Shown here one piece after another: positions 26,301 through 38,720 of a DNA stretch of 64,000 bases. The position numbers and the translations under genes were made by a program. Position 1 is the stretch's first letter; each line of letters opens with the position of its first letter. The DNA is from Iphione sp. A-MEVVRFRX5 (lineage: Eukaryota). Under the pieces are notes generated by a model. It was not told where the DNA came from and searched no databases. It was given only the letters and a program-made list of their open reading frames with translations. Location of the stretch: contig OZ320316.1 of the NCBI GenBank assembly GCA_976226885.1, positions 57,970,001 through 58,034,000 of the forward strand. The letters run 5' to 3'.

Positions 26301-27329
26301 TTTGCTTTTGTACCGGACCCCCAAAAGACCAGGAAGGCTCGCGAAGCCAGTTCCATTACAGTGGTATGTCACAATAAATCCTGATAACGAGGCTACCGTA
26401 AAGTATCGGCTAACGTTCGAGGAACCTGAAGAAAGAAGCAATAAGAGAAATATAATTTAATATCACTTAATTTCCAAAATAACAAAACAATATTTTGCAT
26501 TACATTTGGCGCCCGCTATTGCCCTATATAATACCGTGATCTAATTCAATACGATCTTGGAGCTCTCACGTATCTCTCTTATCCTTTTCTAGTCAAGATT
26601 CTCTACATGAAAAGTAATATATTCACTTGACACACAGCACGTTATTTAGTTTCTTCGTGTGAAATTTACCAAGATATATCATTTTAATTTGCCCGTTAAA
26701 CCCATTTACTATTGAATGCTTGTCGGCGGCTCCATAACAAAGTTTTAAGAGGAAGGGTATAATGAAGAAGTAAAATTAGATGAATGGATTTTTCCTCCCC
26801 CACAAACAATTTCTTATGATATTATGGTTCTTACTGAACTATATAGCGTATCCACCTTCATACACTACTGATATAACCGTGCAGTCTAGTAGCACTACTT
26901 TAAAAGAAATACATGTATCCCTATATATATATATTTAACTGATCACTTGATGACCTGCAGGGGAAGATTTCCTTCCGGACAAGTGCAGACATCAGGGCTG
27001 ACGCCGGTCTCCTGCTTAACCAGAAAGAAATGGCGTCTGGCCGCTTCCGGCCATACTGGGCATGCGCCGTCTTTCTAGCAGTCTTTGAAGGCAACTCCAT
27101 TTGAAGGCAGTCACACCGGATCTCGATAAATGTGATACCAGCCGCCGGATGGCTTAAGCTGGAGCAACGTTATTATGTTCCAATAAAGGGAACTTTCGCA
27201 CCATCGTGCTCATTTCCAGTCTACAAGATAAGAGACAGCCTAATTCACCTCGATATAGTGTAATGTATAACACTGATGTTCGTTCAGGGTGGTGAGCCTT
27301 GAAATGGACATTGATCGCACTTATGCCAC

Positions 27330-27369
27330 TGCTTTTAAGACCGAATGCTATTGCTTTTAAGACCGAATG
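27330..27369 (+). repeat. 18-bp direct repeat TGCTTTTAAGACCGAATG, 22-bp period
   Basis: Exact copies at 27330 and 27352. Confidence 0.9.
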
Positions 27370-27970
27370 AAAAGTGGATAAAGTCTTAAGTAAGAAAAAT
27401 TGCAAGATTTGTTTTGATAAAGGATCATGTGGTACGAGGAGCCAGGTTTAAAGGGTCCCTCTTTCGGATCGAGTTGAAGGTCAATTAATAGGCATCAGGG
27501 TGAGTTAGACGCCGGGGGATGCTTCTCTGCTACACCAAGAAAGTGTCTAACAACCGAGACCTTCTGGTACACTGCACAAGCAATCAAGGCTTTGCTGTTA
27601 GCCTGCACACAGAGCTAGGGATGCATTATTGAAGCAACCCCTGTTTAGAATGCTCGGCCGCACCCTTATAACAGGCGAGGAAATAACACGCAGGGCTTGA
27701 ATGGTACTGCACCAAGATGTGTAAATCATTGTCACCCCGTTATCAAGTCGACCTACATCACAATGTTAGCATCGACACTGTAAAAACGAGGGAATTCATC
27801 TAATGTGTGCCAAGTCATCAAAAACAGTCAGCGTTCTAGGCATACATGTAAATAACCTCTGTATCTTTACAATTCGAACGATTGTGCGTTTTCAGGGATT
27901 GAAAACAGAGAATTGAGATCTCGGGGTGTGATATATATACAATGTAGTTTAATGTTCTATTCCGACAATA

Positions 27971-28004
27971 TCAAGTTCAAGTTTCAAGTTTCAAGTTTTT
28001 TATT
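27971..28004 (-). repeat. AATAAA followed by (CTTGAAA)n on the minus strand; possible LINE/SINE 3' tail
   Basis: The minus strand reads caataaaaaacttgaaacttgaaacttgaacttga. Confidence 0.4.
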
Positions 28005-31000
28005 GAGCAATCAGAAATACCCCATTAAGTTTCACATTCTTCAAATTGTCATGCTATATCGTTATATTTTCTTCTCTCATTCTCCATTAATTACAATAAC
28101 AAAAGCTTTGATTGAAACTTTTTGGGCGGTTTTGGCAATCTCTCACACTTAAATGAAACTTAAAAGGATATTTATGAAATTAAAGCACCAACCAAGTGAC
28201 AGCCGTACATCCACACACCGCTGCCCGTCCCTCGAAACATGGACAAGGTCAGACACTGGAGATGGGGAGGGACATTACCTCTTGCCTACATACAGCATCA
28301 CAAATATGCATAGTGCGATTACACGGTTATGAAAGGACGAGTTTGTCGTTGCGGGCCTTTGCCGTCACACAACTGATTACCTCCCGCAACAGATTTCCCC
28401 GGAGAAGTTGCCAATGTAAAGGCAGATGTCTCAGCGAAGGAGCCGAACCGCGGGCCTGTGCCCTGGCGCTCGTCGCGTGATGGTGGGGAATTGGACTCCT
28501 TGCTCTCATCGCCTCCCTCCCGGCTGGCATTGCTTTGATCCTGGCCAGAGAGCCCGGCACTTGTTTTCGTTCTCATATTACTGTATTCATGATCGTATTA
28601 TCCCCAGGTGGTACTGACCTTCTCTATCATATGCCTGCAAAGATCCTCGCCACGAGTAAAGAGTTTGTCCATACTGGCATTCAAAGGGCGACATCGAAAT
28701 TACGTGTCATTAAGGCTGCTGAAACAGACTAGATTTTGTGTATGACCAAACGGTACTGACAAAAAGGATCAGAATTGTGGATAGTACCGCTTCCAGTCTG
28801 TCATCTTAGTCCCGTTTTTTCTTTGATTATTCACAAAAAAGAAAAATAATCTTAATCGATAGCAAATATCATCCTGTGAGTAGTATTGTTTAAGGTACGT
28901 GCGAACTATAAATGCGTACCTGGGAATAAAGAAGGTAAAATATGTTTTCATTAATTATTGAAATAATTGATAGTTTTTCTTACATAAATGTCTTTGGGGG
29001 GCCGTCTATGTAACAGAACCCGTATCCGTAGCTAAGCATACGAACACATCTACCCTGTCCTCCATGCTGCAGTTTACGCAATAACCTTTATATGACTTCT
29101 ACAATACGCGACAGACCATCTGGCTATGCTGCGCACATTTGTTTGTTTTCGATTATGCGCCGACCTGACCGTCAATTCCACCGACTACTCACCCGCCTGA
29201 CGGAGTAAAGTTTCTCTCTGGCACGTAAAGCGACCGAAATCTATCCGTTTTCGTTGATAGAATCAGACAGATAGGAAGGAATGGCAAATTGGACAAAAAT
29301 GCACTTGTATTTTTTTCGATTTCTGGTTTCCCATCTATGCATGTATATTCTTAGTGGATAGCCATCTTGACAATACAACGTACATCGGATATTACATAAG
29401 ATGAGAATGTACTGGGAACGCCTTAATCATGGCTGAGGCAGGTGTGGAGGATTTGTCTACTTTTATCACGAGTACAACCAGAGAAATGATCGAGCTGCTT
29501 GAATTCTGGGCGGACGTCAGCCTCGGGGGTGGTTGTCATCTGCGGTCTAGCATAACGTCACCCTTACATGGCAATTAATTGAGGCGTGGACATGTTGTCA
29601 AGCATTCCAGCTATAGGACAAATATGCATGCTTGACAATGCCGGATATTGCAGTGAGAGAGATACCCTGCGGTGTAGAATGAAGGGTAAACAGCCATCGG
29701 GCCGCAACGCCTTGAATGGCAATCACGTGAGGGATGGAACTTGCCCTGTACGTCAGAATTGCCAAATATGCACGTATATGTAGGCCATTCTGTAGTCTAA
29801 GCTTACCCAGTAGCAGAACAATGGATTCCCTCAAACGCGGAATCCCTCGGTCCTTCTTCTGTCCGGCTATGAGTTCCAGACTGCTTTTAAATGTAGCCCC
29901 TTTGCTGCTTCGTCCGTGGAGAGGGATCAAGTATACTATATATAGAGTATGTATATCCTGCAAGTGGGACACCGTTCACATAGGCCTGATGCCCTTTCCT
30001 TCTCAACCTCATTTAAATCCTCGGAAATCTGAGAGCACTTCCCTGATTGAAGCCATTTAATGTAATATTCAGAGCAGAATCAACTTGTCACAAACATTTC
30101 AGGGCCTGGCTTTCCGTTCGGGGCTAAAATATTCGATAACTTTTGGCAACAACCCCCCCCCCCTCCAAGACAGGAAACTGCGATGTCGACATGTATTCGA
30201 TGAGATTATAACTATCGGCGATGGCAGACCGAGACCTAAAGGTGTCGCTTTAAAAACCGTTCCTGTCAGGGCCGATCGCACCGACCGACCACAACATCCA
30301 TGATCCCCCAAGGAGACGTCTAGAGTACCCTGCCAACCCTGCGATTAGCATATCAATCTCTAGATATGGCACTCACATCTGCAAGACACCCCACAGCACA
30401 TTCACCAAGCGGATATTGACTGTATGTCCCGAATGTTCATGTCGGTTCTTTTTCATTGATATTCTTTAGGGAGCAACGATTCCAATATAAATTCGATCAC
30501 TATTCTGACGCTAGACTAGATGTGGGCCTATAATGTGTCCAGGACAAATCGATGCCGGATATAGTGCATCTTATCAGTGACGCGAGGCTTTTAATGGATC
30601 TGCAAAATGTATATCAGACTACATAGTACTTTCGCCTTGCTTGTAGTCGCTGAGTATATCTTGTTACGAATATGGCTATTCTGGCTATTCATACTCATGT
30701 AGGTAGTTTTTGTCGGAAGGGTGTACATTTACAACCGCAGAGTATTCTCTATGACCTATTTTTGTAATAAGTTACCTTTTTGCCCAAATGTATTATTCTA
30801 CGTCCTGCTAGAGTCAAAAGGCTCAATTCTTTCTAAAACATGCCACATGATTTCCAGGAACATTAGTCATGGCTATATGGTTTGCCATATTCATATATAC
30901 TTCCCATAGGCGCATCAACAACTAGGACGTCTGGGCTCTAGTCTAGACGAGAGCATTTTCGGGATCATCTGCCAAGCACCATGACTAAGTCTCTACTTTC

Positions 31001-34000
31001 TGTGCTTCACCTAAGCTCCGATGCTAGTAATTATACCGTGGCATTATACTTCTTACAGTGATGGCCTCTGCCCTGTCACAATGAGCCCGCTGTGTATGAG
31101 GAACAATCTCTGTTGATAAATTCTCTGATCCAGTGTCTACCTTCCTTTAGGCAGCAGTTGCCTTCCTTGCCTGGGCCGCCTAAATGAGACATTCCCTACT
31201 CTTTGATGTGAGATCCTGTCAGATTCTGTCATAAAACCAACAAATCGAATCACAATCGCTGGGTAACGATGCACTGTTGATTAAGATTGGCACCCGTCGA
31301 CCATGTAGACAGAGGAAGTGGCGCTGACCGAGCCTCTGATAATTCCCATCGGTCATGTGTAATTGGGTTAGGGAGGAATCTCATTTAGCTCTCAGTCTGC
31401 GGCTGGACTCCACTTTAATCACTTCCTTATCGCGCTTCTCTTGGCTTTCTTGAGATTGGATACTATATTATGGGATTCTCATTTTGTTTAACGTTCTCTT
31501 TTCATTTTAACTGGAGAAGAATAAATATAGAAATGGTTTCGACAATAAAACAGATCTCTTCCGTCTGTATTCTCTTGTGAGACAAATATATTCCATTAAG
31601 TGCCATTTTCTTCCTCTGTATCTTAGGTTGGGTAACGATGATTTGTTCGAGAACCTTTAAAAAAAATCCTTGTCGTTGCTGATAAAGTTTTCACCTGTTC
31701 GCCATTTGGCGAAGTGCTTCATTTCAAAACACAAAACCATTCCATACGTCCATGTGGCGTTTGTGTTCACCTCTCCAGGCCATCGACCTGTCAACAGTTT
31801 GTTCTTCGTTTTTATCGGCAGTTGGGTTTTGCTTTTGATTGATAGATATTGATCAGGAATTCACGTCAACATTATCCCGCCATCCTAGTTCTTTCTCTCG
31901 TTGCCTTTTAATCGAATTCCTGATTTTTGAATCTCTGATTTCTCATTCCTTGCACACTATTAAATCATTTCACGGATTTCTGCGTTGCATAATTATATTT
32001 TTGTATTGCAACTTCCTTCCTACTCCTACGAATAAACGCTTTTCTCATATTAACCCATTTATTACTTCAATATCACATATTTAAATTGTGATAACTTGAT
32101 GCGAGATGATAAAATCATCTGACCAGCACACTTACGAAACCAGAGGACTAACATTGACATTGAAGTTGGATTTTTGTTTATTATCAGCCTGAAGGCTATA
32201 TCACAGTTTTTGTCGATTTCTTCAAGACAATACTGTAATAAATGATTTGTCATCGTCCACTAGAGCACCTTAGATATGCAACATCTTACTTCAAATGTAG
32301 AATTCGGTACACTGGCACAATAGGGACCTGTTGGGAACGTTTGAATAATCTTAAATATTGCCACGCGATCGACTGAACCCCACAACAAAGTGTTGCCATA
32401 TTCATTTGTGAACTCTAGGTGCATGTGTACTCAAGTACAATGTTCAGTTGATTCTCACTTCAAGACCAGATTGCAGAGGGGACTAGATTGAGGGAGATGC
32501 CAGGTTCTTGTAGAACACAATATACGTTTCTGTGTAAAAGTAGACAACGCCACACCAAACCACAGATGAGACCAGATATATTAAGTTCCAGAACTGGTCT
32601 CCTAAGTGGTACACAGTGTATATAGTATCGTCCGAATTTCCTTTCAGAATAATATTTTCGTTCCACACGGGCTCGCGCACATGGTGGTCTTCAGTTCATG
32701 TATGCATGACGTTGATTGTGCTCGAGGTGATAACCCTTCTGTTGGGATGCTGACAAGCCAGTGACAAATGCCTACCCAGCGCCTCTCACACCCGGGTACA
32801 CACCACCCACGTGATAGGCAGCCATGTCCCAACCCGCCACCCGCTTACTCCGACGGCCGGCCGGACTCGTGTTCCGACTTCAACCGGCCCTCCCGATGTT
32901 GGTATGCCGGCTACAGGTCAGCATAATCGCCGGTTCGTCATCCATCAGCGACAGGGAGCCAGGGCTGCCCTTTGTGGCCCGGTCTTTCCTCACTAACCCA
33001 TCGGCATAGCCGGGACGAATATAAAGCAGTCCTCTGTACACAGAGAAAGGAAACTACGTCTAGGTAGTTTCTCGCCAAGCTTGCTTTTTATGAGGTCTTG
33101 AATCGTTGTACGCAGGTCCATCAAAGACACACTGTAAAATCATTTCGGCATTTATTTCAGGAATGTCGAATGTTGTGACTGTCTTCTTTTTCATGCGTAA
33201 TATGTATTGAATTTCCCAAGAAATTGACTAGATAAATGATGATCGATGCCTTTTGTGGGAAACTTTTTAGTTGTGTATAACCGGCTGATGCGCCCACCCA
33301 AAGCACTACCTAACAGGAAAGCAAATATGATGAATGGGGAAAATTCGAATTCTGCTTGCCATCTTTGAGAATTAGTTTCTGCAGAGTGTTTATGCACCGT
33401 AAGCTTTGACCGAACCTGTCTAGAAGTTCCTTTGACAACCGCCCGAGAGGAGAATCGTGGAAACCAATGGCGCCATTTGTATGCATGGATTGAAAGGAAA
33501 ATAAGCAATCTGGCGTTCTAAAGGGGAAGGTTTGTGAACCCTGTCTGATGAGGGCCGTTTATGTTTATATCAAGCATGATAAATCTGTCTGGGCATAGGG
33601 AGAGCTAACCGCCTCAGTGATGACAAAGACAGCTTAGATCGTCACACGAGCAGTATTCTTAGTTTTTTTTCCTCTTAAATGTGACTTGGTATCTTTTCAC
33701 GCCACACTTTATCGTTTTGAATTACGCTTAAAAGTTTCATTTCACATATTAACGTTGTTATTATAGTAAGACCTTATGTAGAAAGTGATATACTGTATGC
33801 GGTTTTCTGACGCAGTTTACTTCGTTACGTAAAGGCAGGCTTCTCCTTTTCCTATAACTTTTGTATATGTACTTTTTTATGTTCAGACAAGCATCATTAT
33901 GGGAATTGTTTTTAAATGTCAGTATATATTTGGTTCATGCTTAACATCGTTCAACTTGTGCACGGCACGCTGTGATGCGTGGGAAAACCCCAGAAAAGCG

Positions 34001-34603
34001 GCGGCAGATCCCTGGTGGCGCAGAGAACAGAGAACCATTTCTATGGTCTATACACCAGTAATTTACCCGTAAAAGACACTACGACATGCAAAGCACTTCT
34101 GAGCAATCCGCAGTCGTCCCACCAGACAACCTGCAATGTCCTCAAAACCCCGAACATCAGAGCCAATTGCCTTTGTCGCGCTCCTTATTCCTTGGCGATG
34201 ACCGGTCCACACGGCCCTCTTCTCGTTCTCCTCGCCGGCTGAACACAGCATCACGCTCAATTACCAGTTTCGCCTAAACCTCCTGTTTGATTCCTCGTAG
34301 GCGGTCGACGTAAGGTCGACCGTTATTATTCGTTTCTTTGCGCATGTTCCCGGTGCACCATATAACCTCGCGACGCCTATCGTTCGCGCGCGCGGGAAAT
34401 ATTTCTCAGCATCTTTTCTGCTGCACCCGTTGCGCATCGATCAATCTCGACAGCTCCTATATCATACCATGCTTATCCGTGCTCCAGTGAACCTTTCGTG
34501 TTAGGCGCTTGATCCCCTTCCGCGTTTTACTGCCTCCCTCCACTTCAATTCAATGCATCCCTTCCCAAACACTCGGCTCTGAGACTTGTAATTTATATGG
34601 ATA

Positions 34604-34663
34604 TATAACGTGAATAACCAACAACAACAGGAAGTGGGGAATAAATACATCACAGATGAGCCT
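34604..34663 (-). repeat. Split direct repeat B2
   Basis: Copy of 34811-34870; a 10-nt spacer separates it from A2. Confidence 0.95.
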
Positions 34664-34673
34664 TTATTAAGAA

Positions 34674-34814
34674 AAAATTTCAGCGTCGGCGACTGTTGGT
34701 ATTTATATGTCATAGTTCCATAGGATCGAGGTCGGCATGGCTACATGCTCGGTTGCTTGGTGAATCAACGGTTCATAAACATACATAAATAATACTATTT
34801 ATATACTCTATATA
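34674..34814 (-). repeat. Split direct repeat A2
   Basis: Copy of 38681-38821; overlaps B1 by TATA. Confidence 0.95.
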
Positions 34815-34870
34815 ATGTGAATAACCAACAACAACAGGAAGTGGGGAATAAATACATCACAGATGAGCCT
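34811..34870 (-). repeat. Split direct repeat B1 (60 bp)
   Basis: Matches 34604-34663 with 1 substitution. Confidence 0.95.
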
Positions 34871-34881
34871 CCAAACGCCAA

Positions 34882-35780
34882 TTAAAGAGAAGAAAAAATT
34901 CCAACTTCCGTGTTAAACATCTTCGAAGAATGCAAGTCAATGTACTCGTATACACAGTCTGATTTCCACAACCCTCTATATCTTATTTCATCAATATCAA
35001 CACCTCTAGAGGCCAGAAAACTTGCTCCTCCTCTCCTAAACGAATGAGAGGAGACTCCAGTAATGGCAACTGCTTTACATGCACCAGATAAACGATCACG
35101 AAACTGGTTGTAAGTTAAGCTGTGTCTACAAGTTTTGGTAGGGTAAGAGAACACTAAATCATCTTCGCTTGGGCAAGAATGATACCTCCAAGCCTTGAGT
35201 AGATTAACAACACACAGAGGTACATGAACAATATGACAGAGGAATACAAACACCATTATCACTAGGTTGAACAGTTTTACCTCTGCTTATAGATATAAAA
35301 ACGCCATTCTCTACAAATTTAATGTCGCGCCATCTGAGACCTTTTGCCGATGTAAACAACTCTTTCCTCAGGAGGCACCTGAAACTTAGTAGAATGGCTA
35401 ACCAAACCATCATATCAAATACCTTGAGTACGTTAAAACACTTAGATAATTTTAACAGATCATCAACAGTGACAGCCCTAGCTTTCTTAACAGGTCGGTC
35501 ACAACACCTCTTGATACCACGTAACAACTCTTTAACATGGAAATTACTGGCGAAATCTGATGGGTGCCCCATGAACTTGGAGTAAAAATTAACCATAGAC
35601 AGGTAGTTTTTGATGGACGAAAAACACAATGACCTTGATAAAAAGGTCAGGAACAGACAGATTTGCCAGACAGTGCATGGCAAGGGGCTGAATCCATGGC
35701 TATGACAGAATTTTTGGTACACATTTCACTGTGACTGGCGTGTCCTCCTCGTATTTTCTGCCGAAGAGTGGTTCATCAAC
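34882..35780 (-). pseudogene. Tyrosine recombinase with an in-frame TGA (35726-35728) and a frameshift (about 35210)
   Basis: LLR catalytic Arg region, K of the 'SRGKT' loop, HSFRRGGA, GLWKSDCVYEY; the ORF is split over two frames. Confidence 0.9.
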
Positions 35781-37757
35781 TTCCTCATCTCTAATTTCAG
35801 GTTCGTCACATCTCCTACAAATAGACACAATAGCTTCACTACAGCAGCATGTGCTAACCCATTCTGTTTTACCTAAAGCAGCAAGCATTTTCTTTTCATA
35901 AGCTCGAGACAGCGCATCTGCGATTACATTTTCTTCGCTACGGATGTACTCAACATCAAAGAAAATATTATAGATACATACAGTCCAAAACAACTCCATT
36001 AACCACTTTAGGCAGCATGAGTTCATACTACGACCGCTCTTCAACATGTGATACACACACATGTTATCAGTTACTACTCTGACAAACTGGTTTTTCACAC
36101 TTGGGCCCCACCTCTTGAATGATAAAATAACTGGCCACAATTCCAAGGTGTTGATATGGTTGTCATAAGTACCACTTGCCGGAGTCTTTTCAACGTGATT
36201 GTCTAAACAATCTAACTCAGACTCCACACATCTCCGTTTACCAATGAACCAATCGTTATTACAGTAGGCTCCAAACATTGATAAAGACGAATCTGTGGTG
36301 AAAACAGCAGCTACATCATGGCATTGAATGATCTTAGCTTTACCGTTAAACATACTGATGAAATTACACCACCATCTTAGATCATCCATCACTACTTCAG
36401 GAATACACTTCTTTGAACCATAACTAACGAAGCTGTTACAGAAATCATATAGTCTTCTATTAAAGGTTCTCCCACCACGAACCACCGTGGCGCAATGAGC
36501 TAGTGACCCAGCCAACCTCTCCACCTCCTTCTTATTCACCTTTTGCTGGGTTACTGCTTCATTAACTCTCTTTTTTGTCTCTTCTACTTTTACAATAGGA
36601 AGCCTAAGCTCCATCTCTACAGTGTCAACTTCTATACCCAGGAACGTACAACTCGTGCTAGGTAATTTCAATTTTTTAGTTGAAACCTCGAAGCCTAAAC
36701 GTTCAAGATTTCCTATCATCTTATCTCTGTAATCCATACACTCCTCAAACGAGGATCCTACAAGAATGAAATCATCTAGATAATTGACACAAAAACCACC
36801 AGTATCAATGACAAATTCGCTCCTAATACAGTCTGAAATTACTGAAAAAATAAACAGGGCACATTTTAGGCCAAAACATAAGCTATTGTTTACAAAAAAC
36901 TCTCTGCCTTGCCCTCTGTCCCAAGCAAATCCTTGGAAACTGCGGTGATCATTGAAAACTGGGACACTTCTATAAGCGTTCTTTATATCCACCACTACTA
37001 AATGCTCGCCTCCCTGGATGAAACAGCCGACATCGTCCACAGAATTATACTTGAATGGCTGGTGAGTGGTGGTCATAAAGTTATTAATTCCAGCAGACTT
37101 GGGCATTGAACAGTCCGTAATGGGTCGTAGGGACCCGTCACTCTTGTAAACACCTCCCAGGGCGTTGACACAAACAGGTTTAAAATCACATTTACTCACA
37201 AACCCACAGGACAGTTCAGCCTCAAGCTTCACATCCATTTGTTCCTTGAACTCCGTTGTGAGGATTGAGTTGTAGTTCTCACAGTCATAAGAGGTGATAC
37301 ACCCCTCATCAACGATTTTGAAGCCAATACACAAACCTGACCACATCAGGTGGACCTTATCCACGTTTAGGTCACACCTACTCAGCGGCCACGCCCACCG
37401 GCATGGTTTCAGTCTACTACTGACTCCACCGATCATATGAACACAATCACATGATCCGCTCAAACATCCCTCATAAATAGGAATGACTATATCACTCTCT
37501 GGAACACCAAGGGATACCAACCGCTCATCATCCACTGGTACCTCTACATCCACGACAAAATCCTTGAGCCGGCCCTCCTCGAAACACGTCAATGCCTCGT
37601 GCCTGCGGGGACCGGAGCTGACTGCCTCCCACGAGTCGTCACATACAAACTCCTCTGACACCAACTCTTCTGTAGTTTCAGCAACATCATCCACGTCATT
37701 TCCATCAGAGACATCAGAGGAAAGGATGAATCTGTCACTCAACTCAATAAGCGACAC
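35700..37757 (-). CDS. pol: Reverse transcriptase / RNase H ORF
   Basis: VDIKNAYRSVP, LCFGL and YLDDF (RT); TDSS, INTLEL, VTDN and NVIADALSR (RNase H); uninterrupted 685 codons. Confidence 0.95.
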   Translation of the reverse strand: MSLIELSDRFILSSDVSDGNDVDDVAETTEELVSEEFVCDDSWEAVSSGPRRHEALTCFEEGRLKDFVVDVEVPVDDERLVSLGVPESDIVIPIYEGCLSGSCDCVHMIGGVSSRLKPCRWAWPLSRCDLNVDKVHLMWSGLCIGFKIVDEGCITSYDCENYNSILTTEFKEQMDVKLEAELSCGFVSKCDFKPVCVNALGGVYKSDGSLRPITDCSMPKSAGINNFMTTTHQPFKYNSVDDVGCFIQGGEHLVVVDIKNAYRSVPVFNDHRSFQGFAWDRGQGREFFVNNSLCFGLKCALFIFSVISDCIRSEFVIDTGGFCVNYLDDFILVGSSFEECMDYRDKMIGNLERLGFEVSTKKLKLPSTSCTFLGIEVDTVEMELRLPIVKVEETKKRVNEAVTQQKVNKKEVERLAGSLAHCATVVRGGRTFNRRLYDFCNSFVSYGSKKCIPEVVMDDLRWWCNFISMFNGKAKIIQCHDVAAVFTTDSSLSMFGAYCNNDWFIGKRRCVESELDCLDNHVEKTPASGTYDNHINTLELWPVILSFKRWGPSVKNQFVRVVTDNMCVYHMLKSGRSMNSCCLKWLMELFWTVCIYNIFFDVEYIRSEENVIADALSRAYEKKMLAALGKTEWVSTCCCSEAIVSICRRCDEPEIRDEEVDEPLFGRKYEEDTPVTVKCVPKILS

Positions 37758-37802
37758 GTTCTTGTAAACGGGAAATGACTTGTCCGCTGCCGTACTACAA
37801 CG

Positions 37803-38720
37803 TCACTGTTGCCTTGACGATGACTTCGTCTTCTTTCCCGTGTCGCCATCTACCGTTTTCTGCTGAAAACACTCAAACGCCTTGTGCCCCGCACTGGTAC
37901 AATTCTGGCAAACGTGACGAAAAGGGCAGGATCCGTCATTACACTCTCCTGAGTTGAACTTATAGCAGACCCTCTCTGACTTCTTTGACTTCTTAGCTGA
38001 CTTGTTATGAGAGACATTGCTCATAGAGTCAACCCCCAGATGCTTATGAATTGACTCCATGTCACCATAACAGAAAACTGCCGTCCCCTTCTTACTCCCT
38101 TTCTTTCGCTGATCAGCATCATAGTTAATTAATGACTTCATACTGTACACCTTAGTGGCAGCCTTTGTGGAAACAAACGATAGGTGATCGATGTATGGGT
38201 TAATGTCTCTGCCTTTAGACAACAATTTCTTCATTAGCCCTAGGGATCCTACCATGAGCTGCTCAAAATTCGTAATTTCTTGGTCGTCCACATAGCGTGA
38301 AATATTGAAACGTTTCAGCCTCTTACCCTCCTTTTTCCGCGCCTGTTTCTTCTTATGCTTGATGATCTCCTTCTCGTCAATATCAGAATCACTGAAACCG
38401 ACACTCTCATCATCTGAACTCGAGCACGATGAAGAACTTGAAGCCTTTGACACCTTTTTCTTTGCCCCCGGCTTTCCAGCGACCATCATCTCCACGAGCG
38501 ACTCCATACGAGCCATTCTCTTGTTCATGGCTTTCAAATCACTCGAATCTTCAACATTATCTTTTCTTGGAGACTCCTCATCTGACGGCCCCTCTCGACA
38601 ATTTTTTCCAACAGGAGGCGGATGGTTGACTTTACATTTTCTGCAATATTTTCCCATCTCGCGGCTGAACGTCTGCACACAAAATTTCAACATCGGCGAC
38701 TGTTGGTATTTATACGTCAT
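37803..38720 (-). CDS. gag: Gag-like ORF with Cys/His zinc-finger motifs
   Basis: 305 aa; N-terminal CRKCKVNHPPPVGKNC; C-terminal CYKFNSGECNDGSCPFRHVCQNCTSAGHKAFEC. The true start may be the ATG at 38657. Confidence 0.82.
   Translation of the reverse strand: MTYKYQQSPMLKFCVQTFSREMGKYCRKCKVNHPPPVGKNCREGPSDEESPRKDNVEDSSDLKAMNKRMARMESLVEMMVAGKPGAKKKVSKASSSSSCSSSDDESVGFSDSDIDEKEIIKHKKKQARKKEGKRLKRFNISRYVDDQEITNFEQLMVGSLGLMKKLLSKGRDINPYIDHLSFVSTKAATKVYSMKSLINYDADQRKKGSKKGTAVFCYGDMESIHKHLGVDSMSNVSHNKSAKKSKKSERVCYKFNSGECNDGSCPFRHVCQNCTSAGHKAFECFQQKTVDGDTGKKTKSSSRQQ

Noticed and set aside
28196-28732. Two same-frame ORFs joined if TGA = Trp, with a hydrophobic stretch (possible NUMT)
   Set aside because: No resemblance to any mitochondrial protein; the composition is explained by GC-rich sequence.
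31950-32070. Minus-strand KWVNMRKAFIRRSRK, resembling a MADF/Myb helix
   Set aside because: Short and stop-flanked; no other domain motifs or transposase nearby.
34501-34713. ORF starting MTYKYQQSP, like gag
   Set aside because: A by-product of the A2 repeat duplicating the first gag codons; not a gene.
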